Made by a program: the position numbers and the translations under genes. A stretch of 54,332 bases of DNA from positions 1-54,332 of IMG/VR virus record IMGVR_UViG_3300011115_000623, one strand, 5' to 3'. A model generated the notes under the pieces. That model was given only the letters and a program-made list of their open reading frames with translations, was not told where the DNA came from and made no database searches. Below are positions 8,085-16,760 of the stretch, in pieces (the stretch's first letter is position 1; every line of letters starts with the position of its first letter). The DNA comes from a virus. Lineage: Duplodnaviria; Caudoviricetes.

Positions 8085-9146
8085 ATGGCTATTCAAAATT
8101 ACGGCACAGTCGCATCGCGGAATTTGATCCGCGCCGCGCAAGGCATGCTTGAGCACGCCCAGCCCATCACCGTCCTTGGCGACTTCGGTACTCAGCGCGA
8201 GATGCCGCAGAATTCGACTGACACCCTGGTGTTCCGTCGTACTCTGCCCTTTGGCGCAAGCACCTCGGGAACCACGATTGAAAACAGCTCGCGCTATGTG
8301 GGCACGCCGGACATCACCGCTTCCAACTTCGTGTTGGCAGAGGGTGTGACTCCCAACTCCAACACCATCTCCTTCCAGGACGTGTCCGTTCAGCTCCAGC
8401 AGTACGGTGTGTTGTTCAAGTACAGCTCGAAAACCGAGCAACTGTACGAAGACGACATCCCCGGCGAGATGGTCAAGCTGACCGGCGAGACCCTGGCCGA
8501 GGTGATGGAGCTGGTTCGCTACGGCGTGTTGAAGGCCGGTTCGACTGTGATCTACGCAAACGGCTCCAGCCGCTCTGCCGTGAACACCGCGATCAGCTTG
8601 AACGCAATCCGCAAAGCAGCACGTACCCTGGAATCCAACCGTTGCCGCCGCGTGACCAGCCGCCTGGCTCCTGGCGTGAACTTCGGTACTCGCGCAGTGC
8701 AGCCTGCCTATGTGGTTTTCTGCCACACCGACGCAGTGTCTGACGTGCGTAACCTGCCTGGCTTCACCCGCGTGGAAGAGTACGGCAGCTTCAAGCCAAT
8801 CCACGACCGTGAGATCGGCGCTTGCGAAGACTTCCGCTTCGTCAGCTCCCCTCTGCTGAAGTCGTTCCTGGCTGCTGGCGCATCGGTCGGTTCGTCCGGC
8901 ATGCTGTCCATCGGCGCATCCAACGTGGACGTGTACCCCTTCATCGTTATCGGTGAAGACGCATGGGGCCAGGTTGCGCTGAAGGGCATGTCTGCCATCA
9001 AGCCTGTGGTGTTGAAAGCATCGCAGACCAACCACGCTAACCCGCTGGGCCAATTTGGCTACGTGGGCGCTTCGACTTGGTTCGCTACCGTGCGTTTGAA
9101 CGACGCATGGATGGCCCGTATCGAAGCCGGTGTGACCGCTCTGTAA
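8085..9146 (+). CDS. Major capsid protein (N4-gp56-like family)
   Basis: MPQN..TLVFRR, LAEGVTP, QQYG, NPLGQFGYVG motifs; strong AAGGA RBS; biased codon usage. Confidence 0.92.
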   Translation: MAIQNYGTVASRNLIRAAQGMLEHAQPITVLGDFGTQREMPQNSTDTLVFRRTLPFGASTSGTTIENSSRYVGTPDITASNFVLAEGVTPNSNTISFQDVSVQLQQYGVLFKYSSKTEQLYEDDIPGEMVKLTGETLAEVMELVRYGVLKAGSTVIYANGSSRSAVNTAISLNAIRKAARTLESNRCRRVTSRLAPGVNFGTRAVQPAYVVFCHTDAVSDVRNLPGFTRVEEYGSFKPIHDREIGACEDFRFVSSPLLKSFLAAGASVGSSGMLSIGASNVDVYPFIVIGEDAWGQVALKGMSAIKPVVLKASQTNHANPLGQFGYVGASTWFATVRLNDAWMARIEAGVTAL

Positions 9147-9152
9147 TGACCA

Positions 9153-9174
9153 GGGGCCAGGGTGACCTGGCCCC
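9153..9174 (+). other. GNRA-loop hairpin after capsid gene (no U-tail; probable mRNA stabiliser)
   Basis: GGGGCCAGG-GTGA-CCTGGCCCC. Confidence 0.55.
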
Positions 9175-9195
9175 GTCTAACCAAAGGAAATCACA

Positions 9196-9381
9196 ATGGC
9201 CGCTGAATCGTTAAAAGCGCGGATGTCTCATCTGCCTGATCGCCTGACCGAGCAAGAAGTGCGTGCTTTGCTGCAAGCATTGCTTGATGGTCTCCAAGCC
9301 ACTATGGCTCAACTGGACGCAGACACCGGTGTCGCTGACACCACCTACGCTGCAAATTTCGCAACCTATATCGTTGACTAA
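9196..9381 (+). CDS. Small virion-associated protein
   Basis: AAGGA RBS; follows major capsid gene. Confidence 0.8.
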   Translation: MAAESLKARMSHLPDRLTEQEVRALLQALLDGLQATMAQLDADTGVADTTYAANFATYIVD

Positions 9382-9392
9382 GGAACTTCACC

Positions 9393-9830
9393 ATGTCTTA
9401 CAACATCGAACAAGCCAACAGTGGCTACCTCTCGCTCACCGCTGCCGGTCTGGCTGAAGGCACGAACGCAAACACGTTCAAGACTGCCAACACCTTGACC
9501 TTCACCAGCAACGGTGTTTTCAAGTCCAAGTCGGCTACCGACAACCTGACATTCAGCACCGGCACCGCGCTGGGCAATAGCCAGGCTTGCCTGTTTGCTG
9601 TGTGGATTACTTCCGGCGGCACGATCTCGACCACCCAAGGCCCCATCGTGGCCTCCGGTGATCCTTGCCCCGTGCCTAGCCAGGCTACTGCGAACACCAC
9701 GCTGGTTGGCCTGATCAAGGTCACCACCAGCTCGTCGGCCACGTTCACGCCTGGTAGCACCGACCTGTCCGCCTCTGGCGTGACCGGCGCGTACTACGAC
9801 TGCATGGACATGCCTGGCTCTGCCCAGTAA
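9393..9830 (+). CDS. Possible capsid decoration protein (Thr/Ser/Gly-rich)
   Basis: AAGGA RBS; co-transcribed with capsid gene up to a strong terminator. Confidence 0.7.
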   Translation: MSYNIEQANSGYLSLTAAGLAEGTNANTFKTANTLTFTSNGVFKSKSATDNLTFSTGTALGNSQACLFAVWITSGGTISTTQGPIVASGDPCPVPSQATANTTLVGLIKVTTSSSATFTPGSTDLSASGVTGAYYDCMDMPGSAQ

Positions 9831-9861
9831 GTTGCCATCTCTCTTCTTTGAAGAGCTTTAC

Positions 9862-9890
9862 GCAGACCACCTTCGGGTGGTCTGCTTTTT
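9862..9890 (+). terminator. Intrinsic terminator
   Basis: GCAGACCACC-TTCG-GGTGGTCTGC-TTTTT. Confidence 0.9.
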
Positions 9891-9920
9891 GGCATATCTG
9901 TTTTTCAACCCCTGGAGTAA

Positions 9921-10346
9921 ATGATGGCAACAAAACAAAAAATCCAAGGCATCGAGATCAGCGACGATGCACCTGAAATTGAAACCGTATCCGAGTCAAA
10001 AGACTTTTCCGCTCTCGCCGCAAGCGAAGCGTTTATGAACGAGCTGGTTACCGTGATGGTCCATTCGACCACCGACGAGAATCAACCCCCTCAAGTCATC
10101 ATCAGTTGCAATGGTATGAATCAACCGATCTTTCGCGGCTACCCCACGGTGATCAAACGCAAGTACGTGGAAATCCTGGCCCGCATGAAAGAGACCAAGT
10201 ACACCCAGGTGACGCGCAACCCGGCAGCTCCTGACCAGATCGACATGGTGGCCCGCCACGGGCTGTCGTATCCGTTCGACCTGGTAGAGGACAAAAACCC
10301 GCGCGGGCGCGCTTGGCTGAACAACGTATTGGCCGAACCGGCTTAA
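9921..10346 (+). CDS. Hypothetical virion morphogenesis protein
   Basis: GGAG RBS; between head and tail genes. Confidence 0.75.
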   Translation: MMATKQKIQGIEISDDAPEIETVSESKDFSALAASEAFMNELVTVMVHSTTDENQPPQVIISCNGMNQPIFRGYPTVIKRKYVEILARMKETKYTQVTRNPAAPDQIDMVARHGLSYPFDLVEDKNPRGRAWLNNVLAEPA

Positions 10347-10359
10347 CTGAAAGCTCCGC

Positions 10360-11037
10360 ATGAATTTGCTTCAGCTCGTCAACCAGACCCGCGTTGAGTG
10401 CGGTGTGTCAGGGCCAGCCCTGTCCACCGCGCAAGGCCAAACAGGCGAATCCGGCAGGATTGTCGCCTGGGTCGTGCAAGCCTGGACCGACATCCAGACA
10501 AGCAAAGAAGACTGGCTGTTCATGCGTGAGTCTTTTGACTTCAACACCACGGCCAACGTCTGGGAGTATTCCGCTACCGACGCTGGCCTCACCAATTTCG
10601 GCAATTGGAAGCGCGACAGTTTTCGGGCTTCTACTTATGGCCAGGACTACAAAGACGAGCAGCTCCTGAATTACATGGAGTGGACCACGTTCCGTAACTT
10701 GTACCGTTACGCGAACATGCGCAACACCAAGGCGCGACCAGTGGTTGTGTCCATCATGCCAAACAAAGACTTGGCATTCGGCTCGATCCCGGACAACGTC
10801 TACGTGATCGACGGCGAGTATTACACCCAGCCTGTCGTCCTATCAGCGGATGCTGACACCCCTCTTCTCCCCGCCCGCTTCCACATGGCCATCGTGTACC
10901 GGGCGATGATGTACTACGCAGGGTACGAAGCTGCGCCTGAAGTGATGACACGCGGTGAGTTTGAATACCGCCGCCTGTACATGCGCATGGAGATCGACCA
11001 GCTTCCGACCCTGATCAGCGGCCCACCCCTGGCATAA
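10360..11037 (+). CDS. Head-tail adaptor (tail tubular A-like)
   Basis: MNLLQLVNQ N-terminus, W.F, D.P.LP.RFH.AIV motifs. Confidence 0.75.
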   Translation: MNLLQLVNQTRVECGVSGPALSTAQGQTGESGRIVAWVVQAWTDIQTSKEDWLFMRESFDFNTTANVWEYSATDAGLTNFGNWKRDSFRASTYGQDYKDEQLLNYMEWTTFRNLYRYANMRNTKARPVVVSIMPNKDLAFGSIPDNVYVIDGEYYTQPVVLSADADTPLLPARFHMAIVYRAMMYYAGYEAAPEVMTRGEFEYRRLYMRMEIDQLPTLISGPPLA

Positions 11038-11045
11038 GGACTGAC

Positions 11046-13091
11046 ATGGCCAGCGGCATGCCCCCAGTCCAATACCAGCTAATCACGATGCAAGGCGGGT
11101 TGGACCTGGTCACCCCGACTCTGTCCCTTCCCCCGGGTGTTGCTACCGAAGCGAGCAATTTTGAGGTATCCGTTACCGGTGGCTACACGCGGATTGCGGG
11201 CTACGAACGGTTTGATGGGCGGCCCAGCCCGGCGGCTGCTACCTACGCAGCCATCACCGTGGCGGACGCTTCTACCCTGGCCGTGGGCGACACCATCACT
11301 AATTCTGGGGCCACCGTTTCCGGCTTGATCATCGCCATAGATGACGACAGCGTTTTCTTCACCAAATCGGTCGGCGGTGGTTTCAGCGTGGGCACAAGCA
11401 TCTACGTGAGCGCCGTGTTAAAAACCACGGTCACGGTGCTGGGGGCCAGTTCCACGGTCACCAACGCTTTGATCGCGCACTACAACTATTTGGCGGCCGA
11501 GGCTTACCGGTCCGACATCGGCGCGGTTCCGGGCAGTGGGCCTATTCGCGGCGTGGCGTATTTCAAAGCCGCAGACGTCTACGCTTGGCGAGATAACGCC
11601 GCAGGCACGGCGATGGAAATCTACAAGTCCACGACCAGTGGCTGGACCCTGGTGCCTTTGGGGTACGAGCTTCAGTTCGACACGGGCTCTGGTGAGATTT
11701 TTGAAGGCAACACGATCACCGGCCAGACCAGCGGGGCGACCGCCGTCGTCACGCGAGTGGCTGTCCAATCCGGCACATGGGCATCCAACTCTGCCGCCGG
11801 GTACATCAACTTTGCGTCAGTCACCGGGACCTTCAGCGCAGGCGAAAACATCCGCGTCGGGGGCACAACAAAAGCCCATGCGGCCGCAGCCCAATCCGCC
11901 ATCACCCTGTCGCCCGGTGGCCGAGTCGACGTGTGGATTGACGACTTCGGTGCAGGCAGCCGCATCTACGGCGCGGACGGGGTCAACTACGGATTTGAGT
12001 TTGACGGAACGGTCTACACGCGCATCCGCACGGGCATGACAACCGACACGCCAAATCACGTCGTTGTTCACAAGCAGCACCTGTTTTTCAGCTTTGGCAA
12101 TTCGGTTCAGTTTTCCGGCATTGCAGACCAGTACAACTGGAGCCCGGTCATTGGCGCTGGCGAGATCGCAATGAACGCGGCGGTGACTGCTTTCTTGATC
12201 CAGCCAGGTAACCAGTCGACCGGCGCGCTGGCAATCTACACAGACGACAACACGTCGGTCTTGTACGGCACCAGCTCGGCCACGTTCTCCCTGGTGTCGT
12301 ACAACATCGGCACGGGTGCCAAAGCGTTTAGTTGCCAAAACATCAACGCGAGCTACAGCTTTGATGACCGTGGCGTCATCAACATGGCGACCACGTTGAA
12401 TTACGGCAACTTCGACTCGGCTTCGTTGACACTCAACATCCGCCCATTCATCCAGAACCATCGCACCCTGGTGACGGCCAGCGGCGTGAGCCGCGAGAAG
12501 GGTCAGTACCGGGTCTTCTTCAGCGACGGCACCGCCCTCTACGTCACCCTTAGCAACGGGCAGTACATGGGCACCATGCCAGTGCAGTTTCCCAATTCGG
12601 TGACTTGCATGGCTGAGGGTGAAAAATCAGACGGGTCCGAGACTTCGTTCTTTGGATCGACCAACGGGTACGTGTACCGGCTTGATTCCGGCACGTCCTT
12701 TGATGGGGCTTCCATACCGTCCAGCCTGACCTTGGTTTTCAACGCCATCGGCAGCCCGCGCTTGCTAAAGCGTTTTCGCAAAGCCGCCCTGGAAATCACT
12801 GGAAGCAGTTACGCCCAGTTTGCATTTAGCTACGACCTGGGCTATTCAACGACCGAGATCAACCAGGAATCATCCACCCAGTATTCGACCAACCTGGCTG
12901 CCAGTTTTTGGGACTCGGTCTATTGGGACAATTTTGTCTGGGACGGGCGGACACTGGCCCCGTCAGAGGTTGAGGTGAAAGGCACCGCTGAAAACATCTC
13001 CATCAGGATCGCAAGCGATTCTGCCGAGTACCAGCCTTTCACGATTAACTCAGCCATCTTGCACTACACACCGCGAAGAGGACTCCGATGA
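11046..13091 (+). CDS. Tail nozzle / DNA stabilisation protein
   Basis: 681 aa beta-rich; N-terminal GGLDL..P motif; follows adaptor. Confidence 0.75.
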   Translation: MASGMPPVQYQLITMQGGLDLVTPTLSLPPGVATEASNFEVSVTGGYTRIAGYERFDGRPSPAAATYAAITVADASTLAVGDTITNSGATVSGLIIAIDDDSVFFTKSVGGGFSVGTSIYVSAVLKTTVTVLGASSTVTNALIAHYNYLAAEAYRSDIGAVPGSGPIRGVAYFKAADVYAWRDNAAGTAMEIYKSTTSGWTLVPLGYELQFDTGSGEIFEGNTITGQTSGATAVVTRVAVQSGTWASNSAAGYINFASVTGTFSAGENIRVGGTTKAHAAAAQSAITLSPGGRVDVWIDDFGAGSRIYGADGVNYGFEFDGTVYTRIRTGMTTDTPNHVVVHKQHLFFSFGNSVQFSGIADQYNWSPVIGAGEIAMNAAVTAFLIQPGNQSTGALAIYTDDNTSVLYGTSSATFSLVSYNIGTGAKAFSCQNINASYSFDDRGVINMATTLNYGNFDSASLTLNIRPFIQNHRTLVTASGVSREKGQYRVFFSDGTALYVTLSNGQYMGTMPVQFPNSVTCMAEGEKSDGSETSFFGSTNGYVYRLDSGTSFDGASIPSSLTLVFNAIGSPRLLKRFRKAALEITGSSYAQFAFSYDLGYSTTEINQESSTQYSTNLAASFWDSVYWDNFVWDGRTLAPSEVEVKGTAENISIRIASDSAEYQPFTINSAILHYTPRRGLR

Positions 13092-14329
13092 GCAATTCTT
13101 TCTACACACACGGGTCGTTTCCGTCGACCGGCTCGGCGGCCACATCGGCCACCATGCGCAATGAGCTGGACCTGATCACCCAAGGTTTTGACAAGCTGCC
13201 CACCCTGGCCAGTGGCTCGGCCAACCAGGTCGTGGTGCTGTCCGCCACCGGCCTGGCCATGACGACGACCAGCTCGCTGAACGGCATTTCGATTGGAAGC
13301 ACAACTCCGTCCACTGGTGCGTTTACGACCCTGAGCGCCAGCAGCACGGTCAGCGGCGCGGGCTTCACCACTTACCTGGCCAGCCCTCCTGCTATCGGCG
13401 GCACGGCGGCAGCGGCTATCACCGGAACCACCATCACGGCCAACACAGGCTTCGCTGGGGCGCTTAACGGCACTGTGGGTGCCACCACCCCTGCCACGGG
13501 CGCATTCACGACCCTGAGCGCGTCCAGCACGGTCAGCGGCGCGGGCTTCACCACTTACCTGGCCAGTCCCCCTGCCATCGGCGGTACGGCGGCAGCAGCC
13601 ATCACCGGGACCACCATCACGGCCAACACAGGCTTCGCTGGCGCGCTGAACGGCACCGTGGGTGCCACCACCCCTGCCGCTGGCGCGTTTACGACCCTGA
13701 GCGCCAGCGGCACGGTTAGCGGCACTGGATTCAGCAACTACCTGGCCAGCCCACCGGCCATTGGCGGTACGGCTGCTGCGGCTGGCGCGTTCACGACCCT
13801 GAGCGCCAGCGGCACGGTTAGCGGCACTGGCTTTAGCACCTACCTGGCCAGCCCACCGGCTATCGGCGGCACGGCTGCTGCGGCTGGCACGTTTACGGCT
13901 CTCACCTACAGCACCACGCTGACAGGCGGCACCGGCATCGTCAACCTTGGCAGCGGGCAGTTTTACAAAGATGCCAGCGGCAAGGTCGGCATTGGAACAC
14001 CTTCCCCTGCGGTCACTCTTGCCATCAGCGCCACCGATGCGGTGCTAGTCCCGTCAGGCACCACCGCGCAGCGTCCTACAGGCGCGGCAGGCTACATCCG
14101 GTACAACAGCACCCTTGGGTCATTTGAGGGCTATACCACGGCGTGGGGCTCAATTGGTGGTGGGGCTACAGGCGCTGGCGGTGACCAAATTTTTTACCAG
14201 AACGGCCAGACCGTGAACACCAGCTACAGCATCCCTTCCGGGCAGAACGCCGGTACATTCGGCCCCGTCACAGTCGCCAGTGGGGTTACCGTGACCGTGC
14301 CAAGCGGCTCTGTCTGGTCTATCGTTTAA
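13088..14329 (+). CDS. Tail fibre protein with internal repeats
   Basis: N-terminal ..RNELDLI..GFDKLP anchor; T/G/A repeats; GKVGIGT, P.GTTAQRP, IRYN..FEGY fibre motifs. Confidence 0.85.
   Translation: MSNSFYTHGSFPSTGSAATSATMRNELDLITQGFDKLPTLASGSANQVVVLSATGLAMTTTSSLNGISIGSTTPSTGAFTTLSASSTVSGAGFTTYLASPPAIGGTAAAAITGTTITANTGFAGALNGTVGATTPATGAFTTLSASSTVSGAGFTTYLASPPAIGGTAAAAITGTTITANTGFAGALNGTVGATTPAAGAFTTLSASGTVSGTGFSNYLASPPAIGGTAAAAGAFTTLSASGTVSGTGFSTYLASPPAIGGTAAAAGTFTALTYSTTLTGGTGIVNLGSGQFYKDASGKVGIGTPSPAVTLAISATDAVLVPSGTTAQRPTGAAGYIRYNSTLGSFEGYTTAWGSIGGGATGAGGDQIFYQNGQTVNTSYSIPSGQNAGTFGPVTVASGVTVTVPSGSVWSIV
13315..13900 (+). repeat. Intragenic tandem repeats (183-bp units, then 102-bp units)
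   Basis: GAFTTLSAS.TVSG.GF..YLASPPAIGGTAAA occurs four times at 61-, 61- and 34-aa spacing. Confidence 0.9.
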
Positions 14330-14338
14330 GGAGAACCC

Positions 14339-15367
14339 ATGAGTTCAGTCGCACTTTCAGGCAACGCAAGCGGGGCTGGTGTCTTCACCATTGCCGCGCC
14401 CAACAGCGCCAGCAGCTATACCCTCACATTGCCCGCTGAAACAGGCACCGGTCTTACCAGCGTTTCTCCGGGCTATACAGGTTTTAAGAACCGCCTCATC
14501 AACGGCGCGATGGCAGTCGCTCAAAGGGCAACAAGTGGAACATCAGGCGCGTCTGTGCCTACTACTTCTGCCACATACCCATCCGTAGACCGCTGGTATG
14601 CCTACGCAACAGGCGCAACTGTCACGGTGGCTCAAGTGGCGGGTTCTGGCGCTAATCAATACAACCTGCAAGCAACAGGCGCGGCTTCTGTAACCGCAGT
14701 TGGTATTGGTCAACGGATTGAGCAGTTGAATTGCTACGACATGGCTGGGAGCACAGCAACTTTGTCGGTGAACATTTCCAATTCCCTGTTGACCACAGTT
14801 ACATGGACGGCAAGTTACGCAACAAGCGCGAACACTTGGTCTGCCAAAACACAGATTGCCACGGGAACTTTTACGGTCACTTCAACACTAACCAATTACA
14901 CCGCTCAAATTAGCATTCCGGGCGCGGCTACCACGGGAATTGAAATTTTGTTCACCGTTGGCGCTCAGACCAGCGGAACTTGGGTAATTGGCAATGTGCA
15001 ACTAGAAAAAGGCAGCACAGCCACATCGTTTGATGTGCGCTCGTATGGGACTGAGTTGGCTTTGTGCCAGCGGTACTATATTTTGTTTGGTATCAGCAGA
15101 TATGCTATGGGAGGCGGCAATACAACTACAGTTAGTGGCAATATGGCCGTTCCAGTAACAATGCGGGCAAGCCCAACCGTAACAGGTACTACGAGCAATG
15201 TAACTAGATATGATGCTACTGCGGCTACCAATGTGGCAAATGCGACTTATAGTGTTAGCGGTAATTACGCAAACAATGTCGCCCTCAACATAGCCAACCT
15301 AGTAGGTGTGTCTGACAATATGACATATTGGGTAAATGGTAGTTATCAATTTAATGTGGAGTTGTGA
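14339..15367 (+). CDS. Tail fibre / receptor-binding protein
   Basis: FKNRLING.M.VAQR, VDRW, VQLEKGSTATSF..R.YGTELALCQRYY, MRASPT motifs. Confidence 0.85.
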   Translation: MSSVALSGNASGAGVFTIAAPNSASSYTLTLPAETGTGLTSVSPGYTGFKNRLINGAMAVAQRATSGTSGASVPTTSATYPSVDRWYAYATGATVTVAQVAGSGANQYNLQATGAASVTAVGIGQRIEQLNCYDMAGSTATLSVNISNSLLTTVTWTASYATSANTWSAKTQIATGTFTVTSTLTNYTAQISIPGAATTGIEILFTVGAQTSGTWVIGNVQLEKGSTATSFDVRSYGTELALCQRYYILFGISRYAMGGGNTTTVSGNMAVPVTMRASPTVTGTTSNVTRYDATAATNVANATYSVSGNYANNVALNIANLVGVSDNMTYWVNGSYQFNVEL

Positions 15368-15522
15368 TGTATAAATTTTTTAGTCCCGAAAACACCAGCG
15401 TCATCAGGCTTGCAGACAATGCAGGAATTCCTTTTGACCCAGCCAACACCGACTACCAGCAATACCTTGAGTGGCTTGCTGAAGGCAACACGCCACAACC
15501 CGCAGATGAGGTGACCCAATGA
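15367..15522 (+). CDS. 51-aa tail-fibre-associated protein (IPFDPANTDYQQYLEWLAEGNTP; not in ORF track)
   Basis: Translated by hand; overlapping start and stop with both neighbours. Confidence 0.85.
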   Translation: MYKFFSPENTSVIRLADNAGIPFDPANTDYQQYLEWLAEGNTPQPADEVTQ

Positions 15523-16376
15523 CCGCAAAACTCGACGGCACAAACGGGCTGCTCCAGTCCTACGACTACCAGACCCCGACCACGGGGTTTACCTACACCT
15601 TCACGCCGTCATCGACGGGAACTGTGTTGGTGATGAACCCTGCTGGCACGCTGGCTACCGGCACAATCACAATGCCCGCTGCACCAGTGGATGGCATGAC
15701 CATCACGTTCAGCAGCAGCCAGCAAATTACGGCGCTGACAATGGCGGGCAACGGTGCAAGCATCAACAACGCGGTGACATTGCTGCCAGCCAAAACAGCG
15801 GTGACCTACGTCTACCGCGCCACAGGCACTACTTGGTGGCCTATGCAAAACGTACCGGGTATTTTGACCAACGGTTTGCAGTTGTATAGGCTGAACTCAG
15901 ACCTTGTCGGTGCGAACGTCACAACGGCGCAAAGCATTTTAGGCGTGGGGGTGACTGTCGCAGCAAGCACGGTATACGCATTTGAAATGGTCGCTGCGTT
16001 CTCCAAAACTGCTGGCGCAACTAGCCATGCATTTCAACTCGGTTTTGGTGGCACTGCCACAATTACCAACATCGCATACGATGTTTTGCTAAACAATAGC
16101 GCCACAAATTTCGTCCAGTTTTCTCCGGGCAACGGTTCTAACGGATTCATCCAAACTGCGACTGCCACTACGATTACCACCAATGCCAGCGCCACGTTGT
16201 ACAACAGCATATTTTGCGCGGGCATGGTATCCATCAATGCTGGCGGCACATTCATTCCGCAGTACACGCTATCCGCTGCTCCGGGCGGGGCGTACACCAC
16301 GGCCACAAACAGCTACATGAAAATATATCCAGTTGGCGCAACGGGCGCTAACACCAACATCGGCGCTTGGGCTTAA
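15519..16376 (+). CDS. Tail fibre-like protein
   Basis: T/A/G-rich beta composition; coupled start. Confidence 0.75.
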   Translation: MTAKLDGTNGLLQSYDYQTPTTGFTYTFTPSSTGTVLVMNPAGTLATGTITMPAAPVDGMTITFSSSQQITALTMAGNGASINNAVTLLPAKTAVTYVYRATGTTWWPMQNVPGILTNGLQLYRLNSDLVGANVTTAQSILGVGVTVAASTVYAFEMVAAFSKTAGATSHAFQLGFGGTATITNIAYDVLLNNSATNFVQFSPGNGSNGFIQTATATTITTNASATLYNSIFCAGMVSINAGGTFIPQYTLSAAPGGAYTTATNSYMKIYPVGATGANTNIGAWA

Positions 16377-16388
16377 AGGACAAACACT

Positions 16389-16760
16389 ATGGCAACCACA
16401 ATTAGCGGAAGCACTGGAATCGCAGCGCCGGGCCTGACCTTATCGGGACAGTACACCGAAGGCGTGGTCGGCATTGGTAACTCAGGCACGGCGCAAACAC
16501 TGTCTCTTGCCACTGGCACTGCCCAGACGGTGACCATGACGGGCAACTGCACGTTCACAATGCCAACAGCGGTGACAGGGCAGTCGTTCATCCTCATCAT
16601 CAACACCGGTGCTGGAGGCTTCACAGGCACGTTCACAAGCGTCAAGTGGCCTAGTGGCATCGCACCTACATTAACCGTGACTGCAAGCCGCTGGGACATC
16701 CTGACGTTCATCAGCGACGGCACCAACTGGTACGGCAACTACGCACAGGCATACCAATAA
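16389..16760 (+). CDS. Small tail fibre-like protein (VKWPSGIAPTLT...DGTNWYG)
   Basis: AAGGA RBS; common fibre C-terminal module. Confidence 0.8.
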   Translation: MATTISGSTGIAAPGLTLSGQYTEGVVGIGNSGTAQTLSLATGTAQTVTMTGNCTFTMPTAVTGQSFILIINTGAGGFTGTFTSVKWPSGIAPTLTVTASRWDILTFISDGTNWYGNYAQAYQ

